NCBI GenBank assembly: GCA_050014195.1
Contig: JBEKDT010000001.1
Span: 416,001 to 480,000 of the forward strand
Reading direction: 5' to 3'
Length of the DNA stretch: 64,000 bases
From: Desulfomonilia bacterium
GTDB taxonomy: Bacteria; Desulfobacterota; Desulfomonilia; UBA1062
Shown here: piece after piece, positions 1 to 10,937 of the stretch
Numbering within the stretch: position 1 is the first letter of the stretch
How the letters are laid out: every line of letters starts with the position of its first letter
Position numbers and translations under genes: made by a program
Notes under the pieces: generated by a model
The model's database searches: none
Told to the model about the DNA's origin: nothing
The model's input: the letters and a program-made list of their open reading frames with translations, nothing else

Positions 1-17
1 CTGATCGGAAGGGTCGT

Positions 18-998
18 ATGAATGCATCCCGAATCATAGAGCTTGGAAAAGAAGCCGTGCGTATTGAGATCGAAGGTCTCGAGGAGCTTGCTTCTCAGAT
101 AGGAGAGGGATTTGCACTGGCAGTGAAGATCATCGCTGACCTCAAGGGCAAGGTAGTGCTCACAGGGGTCGGGAAGTCGGGCATCATAGCCAAGAAGATC
201 GCCTCCACCATGATGAGCATCGGTACACCCGCCATCTTCATGCATCCCGTGGACGGGCTGCACGGCGATCTCGGCTCCATCGTAGCCGAAGATGCCGCCA
301 TCATTATCACCAACAGCGGCATGACGACAGAGGTCATCAATCTCATCCCTTCATTAAAAAAACTCTGTATCCCTATCATCACCATCACCTCGGATACGGA
401 CTCTACGGTAGCAAGGGCATCCGACGTGGTATTGAAATGCAGCGTGAGCCGCGAGGCCTGCAACCTTGGGCTCGCACCCACCGCCTCAACCACTGCCCAA
501 CTCGCACTGGGTGATGCCATTGCCGTAGTAGTCTCCCGGATCAAGGGCTTTGATAAGGATTCCTTTCATATCCTCCACCCTGCAGGCGAGCTTGGGAAAC
601 AACTCATGGTGGGCATCTCCCAGATGATGATCACCGATGAACGTATCCCTGTGGTTAGCCTCGATATGCCTCTGCCTGATGTCGTAATAGAGATGACACA
701 GAAAAAACTGGGTTTCACCCTTGTAAAAAAGGGGGCTTCCGTGGAGGGAATGATTACGGACGGTGACCTGAGGAGGGTGCTCCTTAAGTATGGGGATCAG
801 CTTGCAGGGCTTAGGGCCAAAGATATCATGTCACCGAAACCCAAGTGCATCAACGGCAACAAGCTGGCCATCGATGCGTTGGATATCATGGAGAAATTCC
901 AGATCACTTCTCTCGTAGTAACCGACGAGTCCGACACAATGACCGGCGTCATTCATCTGCATGATCTCCTGGGAAGAGGTAAGCTGGGACTGCGCTGA
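18..998 (+). CDS. kdsD: KpsF/GutQ family arabinose-5-phosphate isomerase (SIS + 2 CBS)
   Basis: GVGKSGIIAKKIAST, HGDLG, NLGLAPTASTT, HPAGELG motifs; C-terminal CBS pair (GMITDGDLRR). Confidence 0.9.
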   Translation: MNASRIIELGKEAVRIEIEGLEELASQIGEGFALAVKIIADLKGKVVLTGVGKSGIIAKKIASTMMSIGTPAIFMHPVDGLHGDLGSIVAEDAAIIITNSGMTTEVINLIPSLKKLCIPIITITSDTDSTVARASDVVLKCSVSREACNLGLAPTASTTAQLALGDAIAVVVSRIKGFDKDSFHILHPAGELGKQLMVGISQMMITDERIPVVSLDMPLPDVVIEMTQKKLGFTLVKKGASVEGMITDGDLRRVLLKYGDQLAGLRAKDIMSPKPKCINGNKLAIDALDIMEKFQITSLVVTDESDTMTGVIHLHDLLGRGKLGLR

Positions 999-1113
999 TG
1001 TTCATTCATACTCTTAAGAAGAATTGCTGTAAACACACACCCTGCCTGATCCCTCTCATAACAGTTTGCAAACATAAGATAACCCTCTTTCCTTTTTGAG
1101 TCGGCTTCACTAC

Positions 1114-1130
1114 GTAAAGTGCAACTTTAC
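1114..1130. promoter_or_regulatory. 7-3-7 palindrome, candidate operator
   Basis: GTAAAGT-GCA-ACTTTAC perfect inverted repeat just upstream of the GGAGG RBS of the flavin reductase gene. Confidence 0.5.
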
Positions 1131-1147
1131 ACAGGGAGGATTTTTCT

Positions 1148-1621
1148 ATGGAAAAATCATGGCAGGATGTACTGGACAGATTCCATTACGGCATATACCT
1201 CATTTCTATAGCGGCAGACGGTCTTTATAACGGGATGATTGCCTCATGGGTGTCGCAATGCTCACACGACCCGCCGCTCATTACACTCGCCATCAGAAAG
1301 AACAGGCTTTCGCAGGGCCAGATTATGCAAACGGGCAAATTCACCCTCAATGTCCTGCCCAAGGATGCCCTGCCTATCCTTAGCAAATTCAAAGTCCCGG
1401 ACTGGAAACAAAAATTCGACGGCATTGATTACGAACTCTCACCCGGCGGCAATCCCGTCCTCAAAGGTGCCCTGGGGTACCTTGACTGTAACGTTGAGCG
1501 GGCCGTCGATACGGGAGACCATACCCTGTTCATAGGCCGTATAACAGGGGGTGCATTGAAGAATGAGGCAGATACGCTTTCTACGATCCAGTATCCTGGC
1601 AGGTACAGGGGCGATAAGTAG
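1148..1621 (+). CDS. flavin reductase family protein
   Basis: NGMIASWVSQCSHDPP and GDHTLFIG motifs; RBS GGAGG. Confidence 0.88.
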   Translation: MEKSWQDVLDRFHYGIYLISIAADGLYNGMIASWVSQCSHDPPLITLAIRKNRLSQGQIMQTGKFTLNVLPKDALPILSKFKVPDWKQKFDGIDYELSPGGNPVLKGALGYLDCNVERAVDTGDHTLFIGRITGGALKNEADTLSTIQYPGRYRGDK

Positions 1622-2094
1622 CAACTGGGCAGGAATCAATAGGAACAGTGTCAAGCGACTGAATTTGTATTCCCCCGTAATGGGAAGATGACGGTGTACC
1701 ATTTTCCATGCGAGCTGCAGAATAAAATCCATTAAATCTTTTCCAAATCAATACGTTTAGATCTTGTTATGAAATCTCTGATAATCAAGTAGCGATAAGA
1801 ATGTACATTATCATCAATTTCCCAGGTCTTGTGGAACTGATCAGTTATCGCAGTAATGTTCACTTTGGAAAAAGTGATGCTAATGAGTTATAATCAACAG
1901 TAGGCCTATTCAAACTTAGCTTAGGAATAGTCACATGATCATCGGTTTCTCAGTACTTGATAATAGTATTGCGAGGATTTTAGTATACTGCATTTTGCTT
2001 TGAACTTTTATAGTGCTAAGCTGTAAAAGAGAAGTATATTTATTGTTAGACATTAATGTTTAATGGATTATGCTTATTAGAATAAACTTAGTAG

Positions 2095-3024
2095 GTGAAA
2101 ATAATGAATGAAAAACAATTCGAGAGCATTCTGGAGAGGTATCCTGAGTTAATCGAGCATGGCCTACTACTCAAAGGACGGCAGGTCTCAATAAAAGGGA
2201 AGTATATTGATTTGCTTTATATAGATAAGCATGGTCAGAAGTTAATTATAGAACTGAAAATAGGTACAATTGTTCGCAACCATATTGGTCAACTCATAGA
2301 TTATGAAGGTGAACTTCTTAGTCCAGATGATCCCACAATTAGAATAATGATCGTGGGTAACCGTGTTCCTCCCAATCTTCGAAGATCTTTGGAACATCAT
2401 GGAATAGAATGGAAAGAAATCTCTTACCAATATTTGATCAGCTTTCTCAAGGAACAGAATGATTATGAGTTCCTTCAGTTTTTTAATAATGAAAATTTAG
2501 AATTTAATGAGGATGCTCCTTTGATGAGGAAACAAAGGCATGTTTCAGAGTCAACACAATCAATCAATGTTTATAATAAACCTGAAGGACTACAGGTAAG
2601 AAACGGAGCGTGTCTTATGAAGGGATTAAACGAGTCTAAGTATTCCCTCCAAGAAGTTTACGAGAAACAAAATCCTAGTCCCTCTGTTCAAAGGCTTCTG
2701 GAGGAATTCCACCATCAGCTTGTTCAGCGACTGGATGAGAATAACCTGCATTGGATGGCCAGGACACACATCGCAGGAATCTCTTACCTCTGCAATGATC
2801 GTAAGGCCTTTTTATTTCTCGATGTAAGACAGCAATTTATAACAACTCACTTCTTTACAGGAAAGAGTAGTATCGCTGGTATAGGTAAAAGGAATTGGTT
2901 ACATCTCGAAGATAACCTTGGTAGCCAACCCCATAGAATTGTCGATAAAACGTCTCTAGATCGTGCGCTATCATTTGCTGTAGAGGCATATCACATAGCT
3001 AGCGAGTGGACAGGCTTAAAGTAG
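2095..3024 (+). CDS. NucS/DUF91-like PD-(D/E)xK endonuclease domain protein, AT-rich accessory gene
   Basis: IDLLYID...IIELK...IGQLIDY motif typical of NucS C-terminal nuclease domain; visibly AT-rich versus flanks. Confidence 0.7.
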   Translation: MKIMNEKQFESILERYPELIEHGLLLKGRQVSIKGKYIDLLYIDKHGQKLIIELKIGTIVRNHIGQLIDYEGELLSPDDPTIRIMIVGNRVPPNLRRSLEHHGIEWKEISYQYLISFLKEQNDYEFLQFFNNENLEFNEDAPLMRKQRHVSESTQSINVYNKPEGLQVRNGACLMKGLNESKYSLQEVYEKQNPSPSVQRLLEEFHHQLVQRLDENNLHWMARTHIAGISYLCNDRKAFLFLDVRQQFITTHFFTGKSSIAGIGKRNWLHLEDNLGSQPHRIVDKTSLDRALSFAVEAYHIASEWTGLK

Positions 3025-3320
3025 AAACTGATAACGATTGCCTTTTGTTATCTAATAAGAAATTCGGTGTTCCTCAATCCTTGATGTCATACCGCTGATT
3101 ACGCAAAAGAAGCATCGGTTTTATAAACATGGAAATATTGTATAGATCGTGCCATCTCTTATGGTTAATTCAGAGTGATGATTCCCTTGAAAATCAACAT
3201 TCCCCACCAGCCTTTAAACCAAAGGTTTTGAGATGAAATCTCTATCCTTCCATTAAACAGATAAAACGGTCTACATGGTGTCGGAGACGATTAATAATAA
3301 TGTGAGCAGAGGTCTTTTTT

Positions 3321-3507
3321 CATCCCCTCTGAACCCGGTGAGCGAGCGCTGGAAAATCTGGGGGGAAAGCGTCGTCTGTTTGAGCGGAGTGAAACGGAGC
3401 GAGTTTCGACGCGGCCCGGATTTTTCAAGCGAGCGAGCGCACCCTTCAGGGCGGGTTCATGGGGTGCCTTTTCTTTCGTCCTTTCTTTTGGCACCAAAAG
3501 AAAGGAC
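3321..3507. repeat. multi-hairpin intergenic repeat (MITE/REP-like)
   Basis: nested inverted pairs TGAACCCG/CGGGTTCA, GAAAATCTGGG/CCCGGATTTTTC, GCGTCG/CGACGC; ends in perfect hairpin GTCCTTTCTTTTG-GCAC-CAAAAGAAAGGAC. Confidence 0.7.
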
Positions 3508-3600
3508 AAGAAAATAAAAATGGTACAGTCTATAAACATAGGTAAAACAACCATAAATCTTCATTCTGTGAAATCTGCTCCATCCATCAAATCAGATAAT

Positions 3601-3633
3601 AAAAAAGGGAGGGAACTTAAGATTCCCTCCCTT
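3601..3633 (-). terminator. rho-independent terminator of acyl-CoA dehydrogenase gene
   Basis: GGGAGGGAA/TTCCCTCCC stem followed by T-run on minus strand. Confidence 0.8.
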
Positions 3634-3655
3634 GGTGTTTCGAATAGGAGACGGT

Positions 3656-5479
3656 TTAGATGGCGAATGCCTCGTCCGGGATCCTCACGCAGCTGATCTC
3701 GTCCTTGGTGAGTGTCTCACACTTGGAAGGGACCAGCGCCGTGATCCTGTTGATGTAGAACTTGGCGCCTTCGATCTTGCCCGTGTAGAACATCTTTTCC
3801 TTGTCGATGGGATTGGCTGCAAGCTTCTCGGCGGCGACGTTTGCCATCCAGATGTGGAACCAGCCGCAGATGGCCTCGGCAAGACAGTTGAGGAAATCAC
3901 ACGCTGCGATGAGCGGGATGAACGGGTTTGACCTGATAAGCTGGCTGAACTGCATGGCGGTTCCGGCACATGCATTCAACGCCTTTTCCACGATCTCGGC
4001 CTCGGCCTTGAGGTTGTCGTTAGCCTTGGCCTTGGCAACCTGGGCGGCTGTTTCGCCGAGCATGTTCATGAAGTACAGGCCTTTCTTCATGCCGAGTTTC
4101 CTGCCCAAGAGGTCGAGTGCCTGGATGCCGTTGGTGCCTTCGTAGATGCCGTTGATCCTGTTGTCCCTCATCATCTGCTCGACCGGGTACTCACGGCAGA
4201 AGCCGTAGCCGCCGTAGGTCTGGACCGCCAGGGAAGTGACCACATCGCCCATATCGGTGCCGTAGGCCTTCACGATGGGGGTATACATCTCGATCATGCC
4301 CTGCCACTTGACCTTCTCTTCATCCGTAGTGGCAACCTTCAGCCTGTCCATGGCATAGTAGCAGTACAGGGCCAGGATCTTGAGGGCCTCGGTGATGGAC
4401 TTCATCTTTAAGAGCATCCTGCGGATGTCCGGGTGCTGGATGATAGGGCACTGCTTTGCATTCGGGTCTTTCATCTGCATGATGTTCACACCCTGCATAC
4501 GCTCTTTCGCATAGGCAAGGGCATGGAGGTATGCGGTGGTCGACAGGGCGACACCCATGGTGCCCACACCCTGGCGTTCTTCGTTCATCATCTGGAACAT
4601 GATCGGCATGCCCTGGCGCTCCTCGCCCATGAGGTAGCCGATGCACTTGCCGTTTTCGCCGAAGTTGAGCGTAGCGGTGGCATTGCCGTGGATACCCATT
4701 TTGCTCTCGATGCCGCCGCAGTTCATGTCATTGGGCTTGCCCAATGAACCGTCCGGGTTGATCATGATCTTGGGTACTACAAATATGGAGATGCCCTTGG
4801 TACCGGCCGGATCGCCCTCGATCCTTGCGAGTACCGGGTGAATGATGTTCGGGGTCAGATCATGGTCGCCTGCAGATATGAAGCACTTGGTCCCCGTGAT
4901 GGAGAATGTTCCATCGGGATTCCTCTTCGCCGTTGACTTCAGCGCTCCCACGTCGGAGCCTGCACCCGGCTCGGTGAGGCACATGGTTCCGGCCCACTCG
5001 CCGCTGAACATCTTCTCAAGGATGATATTTCTCAACGGATGCTGGAAGTGATCCTCAATGAGTCTGGCTGCGCCATGGGTAAGACCCGGATACATGAGAA
5101 AAGCCTGGTTGCCTGCAAGGAACATCTGTGCACATGCAGCGGCGATCATGGCTGGGAAACCCTGGCCGCCCACCTCGGGGTTGTCGGAAACGCTCATCCA
5201 ACCGCCCTCGCAGTAGAGCTTGTATACCTTATGGTATGATTCGGGGGCATACACCTTGCCATCCTTGAATACTGCCTCAACAGGCTTTCTCTGAACCTCG
5301 TCCGGATACGTAGGTGCGATATCATTCTCTGTGAATTTTGCCGCCTGTTCGAGAACCATGTTCACCATGTCGGCATCGTGGTCTGCAAAAGGACCTTTGC
5401 CGAGGATCTCATCGCTAATGCGGAATACTTCGTGCAATATGAACTTGAGATCCCTCTCGTCTACCCATTGACTTGCCAT
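3656..5479 (-). CDS. acyl-CoA dehydrogenase
   Basis: GTMCLTEPGAGSDVG, GTKCFIS, KMGIHG, QTYGGYG, IYEGTNGIQALDL motifs. Confidence 0.95.
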   Translation of the reverse strand: MASQWVDERDLKFILHEVFRISDEILGKGPFADHDADMVNMVLEQAAKFTENDIAPTYPDEVQRKPVEAVFKDGKVYAPESYHKVYKLYCEGGWMSVSDNPEVGGQGFPAMIAAACAQMFLAGNQAFLMYPGLTHGAARLIEDHFQHPLRNIILEKMFSGEWAGTMCLTEPGAGSDVGALKSTAKRNPDGTFSITGTKCFISAGDHDLTPNIIHPVLARIEGDPAGTKGISIFVVPKIMINPDGSLGKPNDMNCGGIESKMGIHGNATATLNFGENGKCIGYLMGEERQGMPIMFQMMNEERQGVGTMGVALSTTAYLHALAYAKERMQGVNIMQMKDPNAKQCPIIQHPDIRRMLLKMKSITEALKILALYCYYAMDRLKVATTDEEKVKWQGMIEMYTPIVKAYGTDMGDVVTSLAVQTYGGYGFCREYPVEQMMRDNRINGIYEGTNGIQALDLLGRKLGMKKGLYFMNMLGETAAQVAKAKANDNLKAEAEIVEKALNACAGTAMQFSQLIRSNPFIPLIAACDFLNCLAEAICGWFHIWMANVAAEKLAANPIDKEKMFYTGKIEGAKFYINRITALVPSKCETLTKDEISCVRIPDEAFAI

Positions 5480-5526
5480 ATTACCCTCCTTACAAGATTA
5501 TCTTTGATTGTTTTACCTTCCTGTCC

Positions 5527-5571
5527 TGAATGAGCATTCATTCTTATATCCTTTCTATAAATTCATGTCAA
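5527..5571 (-). promoter_or_regulatory. sigma70 promoter with overlapping TetR/FadR(YsiA)-like operator
   Basis: minus strand TTGACA-17bp-TATAAG; operator TGAATGAGCATTCATTCT at 5527-5544 resembles the Bacillus FadR box TGAATGANTANTCATTCA. Confidence 0.65.
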
Positions 5572-5686
5572 CATATCTTCTTTTTGGGTAGCGAATAAGT
5601 TTGAATAAATGGTTGTCCTAGATAATCGTTTATGTCATAATTTCCATGCGGAATTGGTTGAATTGGAATAACAGGAGGACGAGAGA

Positions 5687-6523
5687 ATGAATACATTAAG
5701 CGGAACATTCACCACCCAGGACGGAACCACCCTGTGCTGGAAGGCTTGGCTTCCCAATGGAATCCCCAGGGCAGTAATACATCTTATCCACGGCTATGCC
5801 GAGCATATCGAACGCTATGGCAATGTAGTGAATGAGCTGGTTCCGGCAGGCTATGCCGTTTTCGGCAACGATCATCGCGGCCATGGCAGGAGCCAGGGTC
5901 GCCGGGGCCACGTAAAGAGATTCCAGGATTTCATCGAGGACGAAAGACAGTTCTATACCCAGGTGATCCGGAAAGAGCTCCCCGACACCCCGTACTTTGT
6001 GCTGGGTCATTCCATGGGAAGCCTCATTGCCATGAACTATGTGGAACAGAACCCAGACGAACTGAAGGGGCTTGTGTTGTCAGGTACAGGATCACAACCG
6101 GGTACGGATATCCCAAAAATCCTCATAACCTTAACGAAGATTCTCTCAAAGATCCTACCGGCCATTCACGTGAAGTCGCCTCTACCTCCGGAGTTCATAT
6201 CCAGGGACCCGGATGTAGTGAAGGCGTATGTGGATGATCCCCTGGTCTATAATGTCATAACCCCGAGGCTCGCACACGAGATGAACAGGTATGTGGTTCT
6301 GGGGGCGGAAAAAGCCTTCATGATCAAAACCCCGGTGCTCATCCAGCTTGGTTCGCAGGACACGGCATTCTCAGGCCAGAAGGAGCTCTATGAGAAGATC
6401 GGCGCCAAAGACAAGAGCTTCAAACTCTATGACGGCCTCAAACACGAGGTGTATAACGAGCTGCCCAACGATAGGGCCAAGGTGCTCTCCGATCTGCATA
6501 CATGGCTTGACGCTCACTTATAA
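5687..6523 (+). CDS. alpha/beta hydrolase, lysophospholipase/monoacylglycerol lipase family
   Basis: HGYAEH, DHRGHGRS, GHSMG nucleophile elbow, HEVYNE. Confidence 0.92.
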   Translation: MNTLSGTFTTQDGTTLCWKAWLPNGIPRAVIHLIHGYAEHIERYGNVVNELVPAGYAVFGNDHRGHGRSQGRRGHVKRFQDFIEDERQFYTQVIRKELPDTPYFVLGHSMGSLIAMNYVEQNPDELKGLVLSGTGSQPGTDIPKILITLTKILSKILPAIHVKSPLPPEFISRDPDVVKAYVDDPLVYNVITPRLAHEMNRYVVLGAEKAFMIKTPVLIQLGSQDTAFSGQKELYEKIGAKDKSFKLYDGLKHEVYNELPNDRAKVLSDLHTWLDAHL

Positions 6524-6608
6524 AATGGGAAAAGGCCCTCACCGTCCGTGACGGAAAGGGGCCTTAGGCTCATCATCGCTACCATGAGTTGTTCATGTAA
6601 GGATACCC

Positions 6609-6669
6609 TGTAGGAGCGGCTTTAGCCGCGAGGGTGATACCATCAGTCGCGACTGAAGTCGCTCCTACA
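6609..6669. repeat. GTAG-type REP doublet (REPIN-like)
   Basis: TGTAGGAGCGGCTTTAGCCGCGA ... TCGCGACTGAAGTCGCTCCTACA inverted pair between convergent genes. Confidence 0.8.
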
Positions 6670-6713
6670 AGACATTACCCTCACTCACAGATCAGTGTAT
6701 TATATTAATAGTA

Positions 6714-8162
6714 TTAATATCTGTAATGCTCCGGCTTGAACGGCCCGCCGACACTCACTCCGATATAATCCGCCTGCTCCTTGGTGAGCCTGGTGAGCTT
6801 CACCCCAAGCTTGCCGAGGTGCAGCCTGGCTACTTCCTCGTCGAGGATCTTCGGCAGCGTCTTCACGCTGATCTCTCTTAAGTTCGCCCACAGGTCCATC
6901 TGGGCGAGCACCTGGTTGGTGAACGAGTTGGACATGACGAACGAAGGATGACCTGTTGCGCAACCAAGGTTCACAAGCCTTCCTTCTGCGAGCAGATAGA
7001 TGCAATGGCCGTCGGGGAAGGTGAACTTGTCAACCTGGGGCTTGATGTTAAGCCTCTTGATGCCCGGGAATTTCTCAAGCTTATCCACCTCTATCTCATC
7101 ATCGAAATGCCCGATGTTGCATACGATGGCCTGGTCAAGCATCTTTTGCATGTGCTCTATCCGGATGATCTTGCAGTTCCCCGTCGCGGTAACAAAGATG
7201 TTGGCCTCACGGAGCGCATCTTCGACCGTTACGACCTCAAAGCCCTCCATTGCGGCCTGCAGAGCGCAAATGGGGTCGATCTCGGTGACCAGCACCCGCG
7301 CGCCGAATCCGCGCATGGACTGGGCGCATCCCTTACCTACATCCCCATATCCGCATACGCACACCACCTTGCCAGCCACCATGACGTCGGTGGCGCGCTT
7401 GATGCCGTCGGCCAGCGATTCACGGCATCCGTAGAGGTTGTCGAACTTGCTCTTGGTAACGGAGTCATTCACATTGATGGCAGGGAAAAGGAGTGTGCCG
7501 TTTTCCAGCATCTGATAGAGCCGGTGCACCCCGGTGGTGGTCTCCTCGGATACGCCCTTGATCTCGTTGACCACCCGGTGCCAGAAGCTCGGGTCATCCT
7601 TGAGTCTGCGTTTGAGCACCATATTGATGATGGCGAGCTCTTTGTTATCCGTCTTCGCATCCAGGGTGGACGGGTCTTCCTCTGCACGGTAGCCCCTGTG
7701 CACCATGAGTGTGGCATCTCCGCCATCATCGACAATGAGGTTGGGTCCCTTGCCGCCAGGAAAGGTGAGGGCTTCCAGTGTGCATGCCCAGTAATCTTCA
7801 AGGCTCTCGCCCTTCCATGCGTATACCGGTATCCCGCTTGCGGCTATGGCTGCTGCGGCATGGTCCTGGGTGGAGAAGATATTGCATGAAGCCCACCTGA
7901 CATCCGCGCCCAGGGCCTTTAAGGTCTCGATGAGTACTGCAGTCTGGATGGTCATGTGCAGGGAGCCCGATATCCGTGACCCCTTCAGCGGCTGCTTCGG
8001 GATATATTTTTCCCTTACTGCCATCAGGCCGGGCATTTCATGCTCGGATACGGTGATCTCCTTCCTGCCGAAGTCTGCCTGGGCAATATCCGCCACTTTA
8101 TACTTGAGGCTGGAAAAATCAGGCAGCCCATTCGCGTCCAGCTTTTTCACCTTTTCAGCCAT
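6714..8162 (-). CDS. ahcY: adenosylhomocysteinase
   Basis: [52 protein letters not shown]. Confidence 0.98.
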   Translation of the reverse strand: MAEKVKKLDANGLPDFSSLKYKVADIAQADFGRKEITVSEHEMPGLMAVREKYIPKQPLKGSRISGSLHMTIQTAVLIETLKALGADVRWASCNIFSTQDHAAAAIAASGIPVYAWKGESLEDYWACTLEALTFPGGKGPNLIVDDGGDATLMVHRGYRAEEDPSTLDAKTDNKELAIINMVLKRRLKDDPSFWHRVVNEIKGVSEETTTGVHRLYQMLENGTLLFPAINVNDSVTKSKFDNLYGCRESLADGIKRATDVMVAGKVVCVCGYGDVGKGCAQSMRGFGARVLVTEIDPICALQAAMEGFEVVTVEDALREANIFVTATGNCKIIRIEHMQKMLDQAIVCNIGHFDDEIEVDKLEKFPGIKRLNIKPQVDKFTFPDGHCIYLLAEGRLVNLGCATGHPSFVMSNSFTNQVLAQMDLWANLREISVKTLPKILDEEVARLHLGKLGVKLTRLTKEQADYIGVSVGGPFKPEHYRY

Positions 8163-9331
8163 TATTTACCTGCCTTGTCTTTTAAAATAGCCACCTTATC
8201 GGTCTTTTCCCAGGTGAACTCCGGCTCGTTCCTGCCGAAGTGCCCATAGGCAGCGGTCTTCTTGTAGATGGGCCGCAGCAGATCGAGATGGTCAATGATG
8301 CCCTTGGGTTTCATCGGGAAGACATCCCTGACAAGCTTGCTCAGCTTATCGTCCGAGATCTTGCCTGTGCCTGCAGTGTCGATCATAACGGAAACCGGCT
8401 CGGCCACACCGATGGCATAGGCGAGCTGCACTACACACCGTTTCGCAAGACCTGCTGCAACAATGTTCTTGGCTATGTAGCGGGACATATATGCAGCGGA
8501 GCGATCGACCTTCGAGGGGTCTTTGCCGGAAAACGCGCCGCCTCCGTGGCTGGCAAAACCGCCGTAGGTATCCACGATGATCTTGCGTCCTGTGAGCCCA
8601 GTGTCGGCATGCGGGCCGCCCAGGACAAACCGCCCTGTGGCATTGATATAATATTTCGTGTCCTTGTCCAGCAGAGAAGCAGGAATCTGTTTCTTGATGA
8701 CCTCTTCCATGATGCCGTCGCGGACTGCCTCATAGCTCGCATCTTCGTCGTGCTGTGCGGCAATGACGACACTAGTAACCCTTTTAGGTTTTCCATTCTC
8801 ATACTGCACCGTCACCTGGGATTTGCCGTCGGGTCTTAAGAATTCCAGGATCCCGTTTTTCCTGGTATCGGCAAGTCCTTTGGTCAGCAGATGGGCATAG
8901 TGTATGGGGGCGGGCATAAGCATGTCCGTATCATCGCAGGCAAAACCGAACATCATACCCTGGTCTCCTGCGCCCTGCTCCTTGAAGAGGCCCTCGCCCT
9001 CCTGGACGCCCTGATTGATGTCCGGGGACTGCTTGTCAAGGGTCACGAGCACGCCGCAGGTGTTCCAGCTGAAGCCCATGACGGCCTCCGTATAGCCGAT
9101 CTCTTTAACGGTTTGGCGTGCAACACGCTGCACATCCAGATGGTGGGTCGTGGTTATCTCGCCGGATACGATAATCAGTCCTGTGGTAACCAGGGTTTCG
9201 CATGCAACATGTGCATTTTTGTCATTGGCAATGATCTCATCTAAGATGGCATCGGAGATATTGTCCGCTACCTTGTCGGGATGCCCTTCCGTAACTGACT
9301 CGGATGAGAATAAGAAATTTCTGTCACCCAT
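8162..9331 (-). CDS. metK: methionine adenosyltransferase
   Basis: [26 protein letters not shown] motifs. Confidence 0.98.
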   Translation of the reverse strand: MGDRNFLFSSESVTEGHPDKVADNISDAILDEIIANDKNAHVACETLVTTGLIIVSGEITTTHHLDVQRVARQTVKEIGYTEAVMGFSWNTCGVLVTLDKQSPDINQGVQEGEGLFKEQGAGDQGMMFGFACDDTDMLMPAPIHYAHLLTKGLADTRKNGILEFLRPDGKSQVTVQYENGKPKRVTSVVIAAQHDEDASYEAVRDGIMEEVIKKQIPASLLDKDTKYYINATGRFVLGGPHADTGLTGRKIIVDTYGGFASHGGGAFSGKDPSKVDRSAAYMSRYIAKNIVAAGLAKRCVVQLAYAIGVAEPVSVMIDTAGTGKISDDKLSKLVRDVFPMKPKGIIDHLDLLRPIYKKTAAYGHFGRNEPEFTWEKTDKVAILKDKAGK

Positions 9332-9438
9332 TCAATAATCCTCCTGTTTCATGAGTATTCTTATATTTGTTTGAAGACCTGGTGCGATATGTTATCCGCA
9401 AAACTTTTAAGTTTAAGGCAAAATCCTTTGGGATCATG

Positions 9439-10833
9439 CTAGACCTTTCTCTTGAGTCCGAGGTATTCGGCAATCTCGGGGGCGCTTCCCTTAAGTGTCA
9501 CCGGTGTATTTTTCAGTTCCTCTTTTGTGGAGATGCCGTATTCAGGGTCAAAGGCATCATCAAAATACAGCTGCTGGAACGAGGCAAACTTGAGCTGGTG
9601 GGAAGTGGAATCCACCACGAACCGTCCTGTAGCCGGGATCAGCTTTTCATGCAGTGCCTTCTTGAGGCCTGCAACAGACTCCCCACCCTGGGTGCAGACC
9701 ACGTGACCGTGCCTGTTGGCCGTCAACATGCCTTCCATGATCTCATTCTCGGTGACCGAGATGACATAAAACCTGTCGTTAAAATGCTTCTCAACGAGCT
9801 GAGAGACCTTGGGGAAAGACACCGGGTCCCCGATCATGGCGGCCTGGGCCACCGATGGGGTTACCTTCAAGGGGACAAACCGGCCGGTTGTCCGCCAGCG
9901 GGCTATAGGGTCGGCATGATTGCTCTGAACACCAAGGATTTGAGGCAGCTCGGATATGATGCCGAGTTCATGAAGGTCTACAAACCCCTCCATGACGGCG
10001 GTGATGTTGCCTGCGTTCCCTATGGGGACAACCACGGTGAGGCCCGCCGTATCCCATCCCAGTTGTTGGGCTATCTCATAGGCATAGGTCTTCTGCCCCA
10101 GAATCCGAACCGGATTCTTCGAGTTCAGAAGGAATACATGATAATCCCGCGCCAGCTCCTCCACCACACGCATGCAGTCGTCGAACACACCGGGCATCTC
10201 GATGACCTGTGCGCCGGAGCCGAGCGGTTGGGATAACTGTTGAGCAGTTACCTTGCCCTTGGGCAGGAGGACCACGGCCCTGACCTTGGATTTTGGGAGA
10301 TAGCTCAAATAAAGAGCGGCAGCGGCCGAGGTGTCGCCCGTGGAGGCGCAGATGCCGAGGACGCTACTTAAGTTTTTAACCCTGATGATGTGATTAAGAA
10401 AGGATATCGCCGATGCCATGCCCCGGTCCTTGAAGCTGGCGGAAGGGTTCAACCCGTCGTTCTTTACGAAAAACGATGCACCCACCCACGTGCTTAATTC
10501 AGGGTTTGCCCTGACCATAGGCGTTTGACCTTCACCCAGGTAGATAACGTCTTGAAGCGGTATGATGGGCAAAATCAGCTCATGGAAACGGAAGATGCCC
10601 TGGATCTCCAGGACATTACTGTTCCTACGGGCATCAAAGATATTCTTCCAAGTTCCGGGCGGTGTGGCCTTCAGTTCGTCGAAGGCCGTGTTCTCAATCC
10701 TCAAAAGAGACTTGCAGGTCGGGCATGTGTAGATGAATTCGTAGATATCATAGCGCTGTCCGCATCCGATGCATGCATAAACCAGGTTCCCTCTTTTCTT
10801 AGGCATGTATGGTTCGGACTTTTCCGGCATCAC
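9439..10833 (-). CDS. thrC: threonine synthase
   Basis: NPSASFKDRGM PLP lysine, CASTGDTSAA, VPIGNAGN; N-terminal CxxC..CxxC. Confidence 0.92.
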   Translation of the reverse strand: MMPEKSEPYMPKKRGNLVYACIGCGQRYDIYEFIYTCPTCKSLLRIENTAFDELKATPPGTWKNIFDARRNSNVLEIQGIFRFHELILPIIPLQDVIYLGEGQTPMVRANPELSTWVGASFFVKNDGLNPSASFKDRGMASAISFLNHIIRVKNLSSVLGICASTGDTSAAAALYLSYLPKSKVRAVVLLPKGKVTAQQLSQPLGSGAQVIEMPGVFDDCMRVVEELARDYHVFLLNSKNPVRILGQKTYAYEIAQQLGWDTAGLTVVVPIGNAGNITAVMEGFVDLHELGIISELPQILGVQSNHADPIARWRTTGRFVPLKVTPSVAQAAMIGDPVSFPKVSQLVEKHFNDRFYVISVTENEIMEGMLTANRHGHVVCTQGGESVAGLKKALHEKLIPATGRFVVDSTSHQLKFASFQQLYFDDAFDPEYGISTKEELKNTPVTLKGSAPEIAEYLGLKRKV

Positions 10834-10937
10834 TTCCCCTTCAACCTATAAAGGCCCCACACTGTATAATAGACTATTGACTTTTTCAATACTTTTTTGG
10901 CATCTTAACGGCTTATTTCTTCAGCCTGGGAGAACAT

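Noticed and set aside
3275-3554. Short ORFs on both strands
   Set aside because: They coincide with the palindromic repeat element
9332-9438. SAM riboswitch or SahR box before metK
   Set aside because: No SAM-I/II core visible; the palindrome TATAAG-AATA-CTCATG is too degenerate
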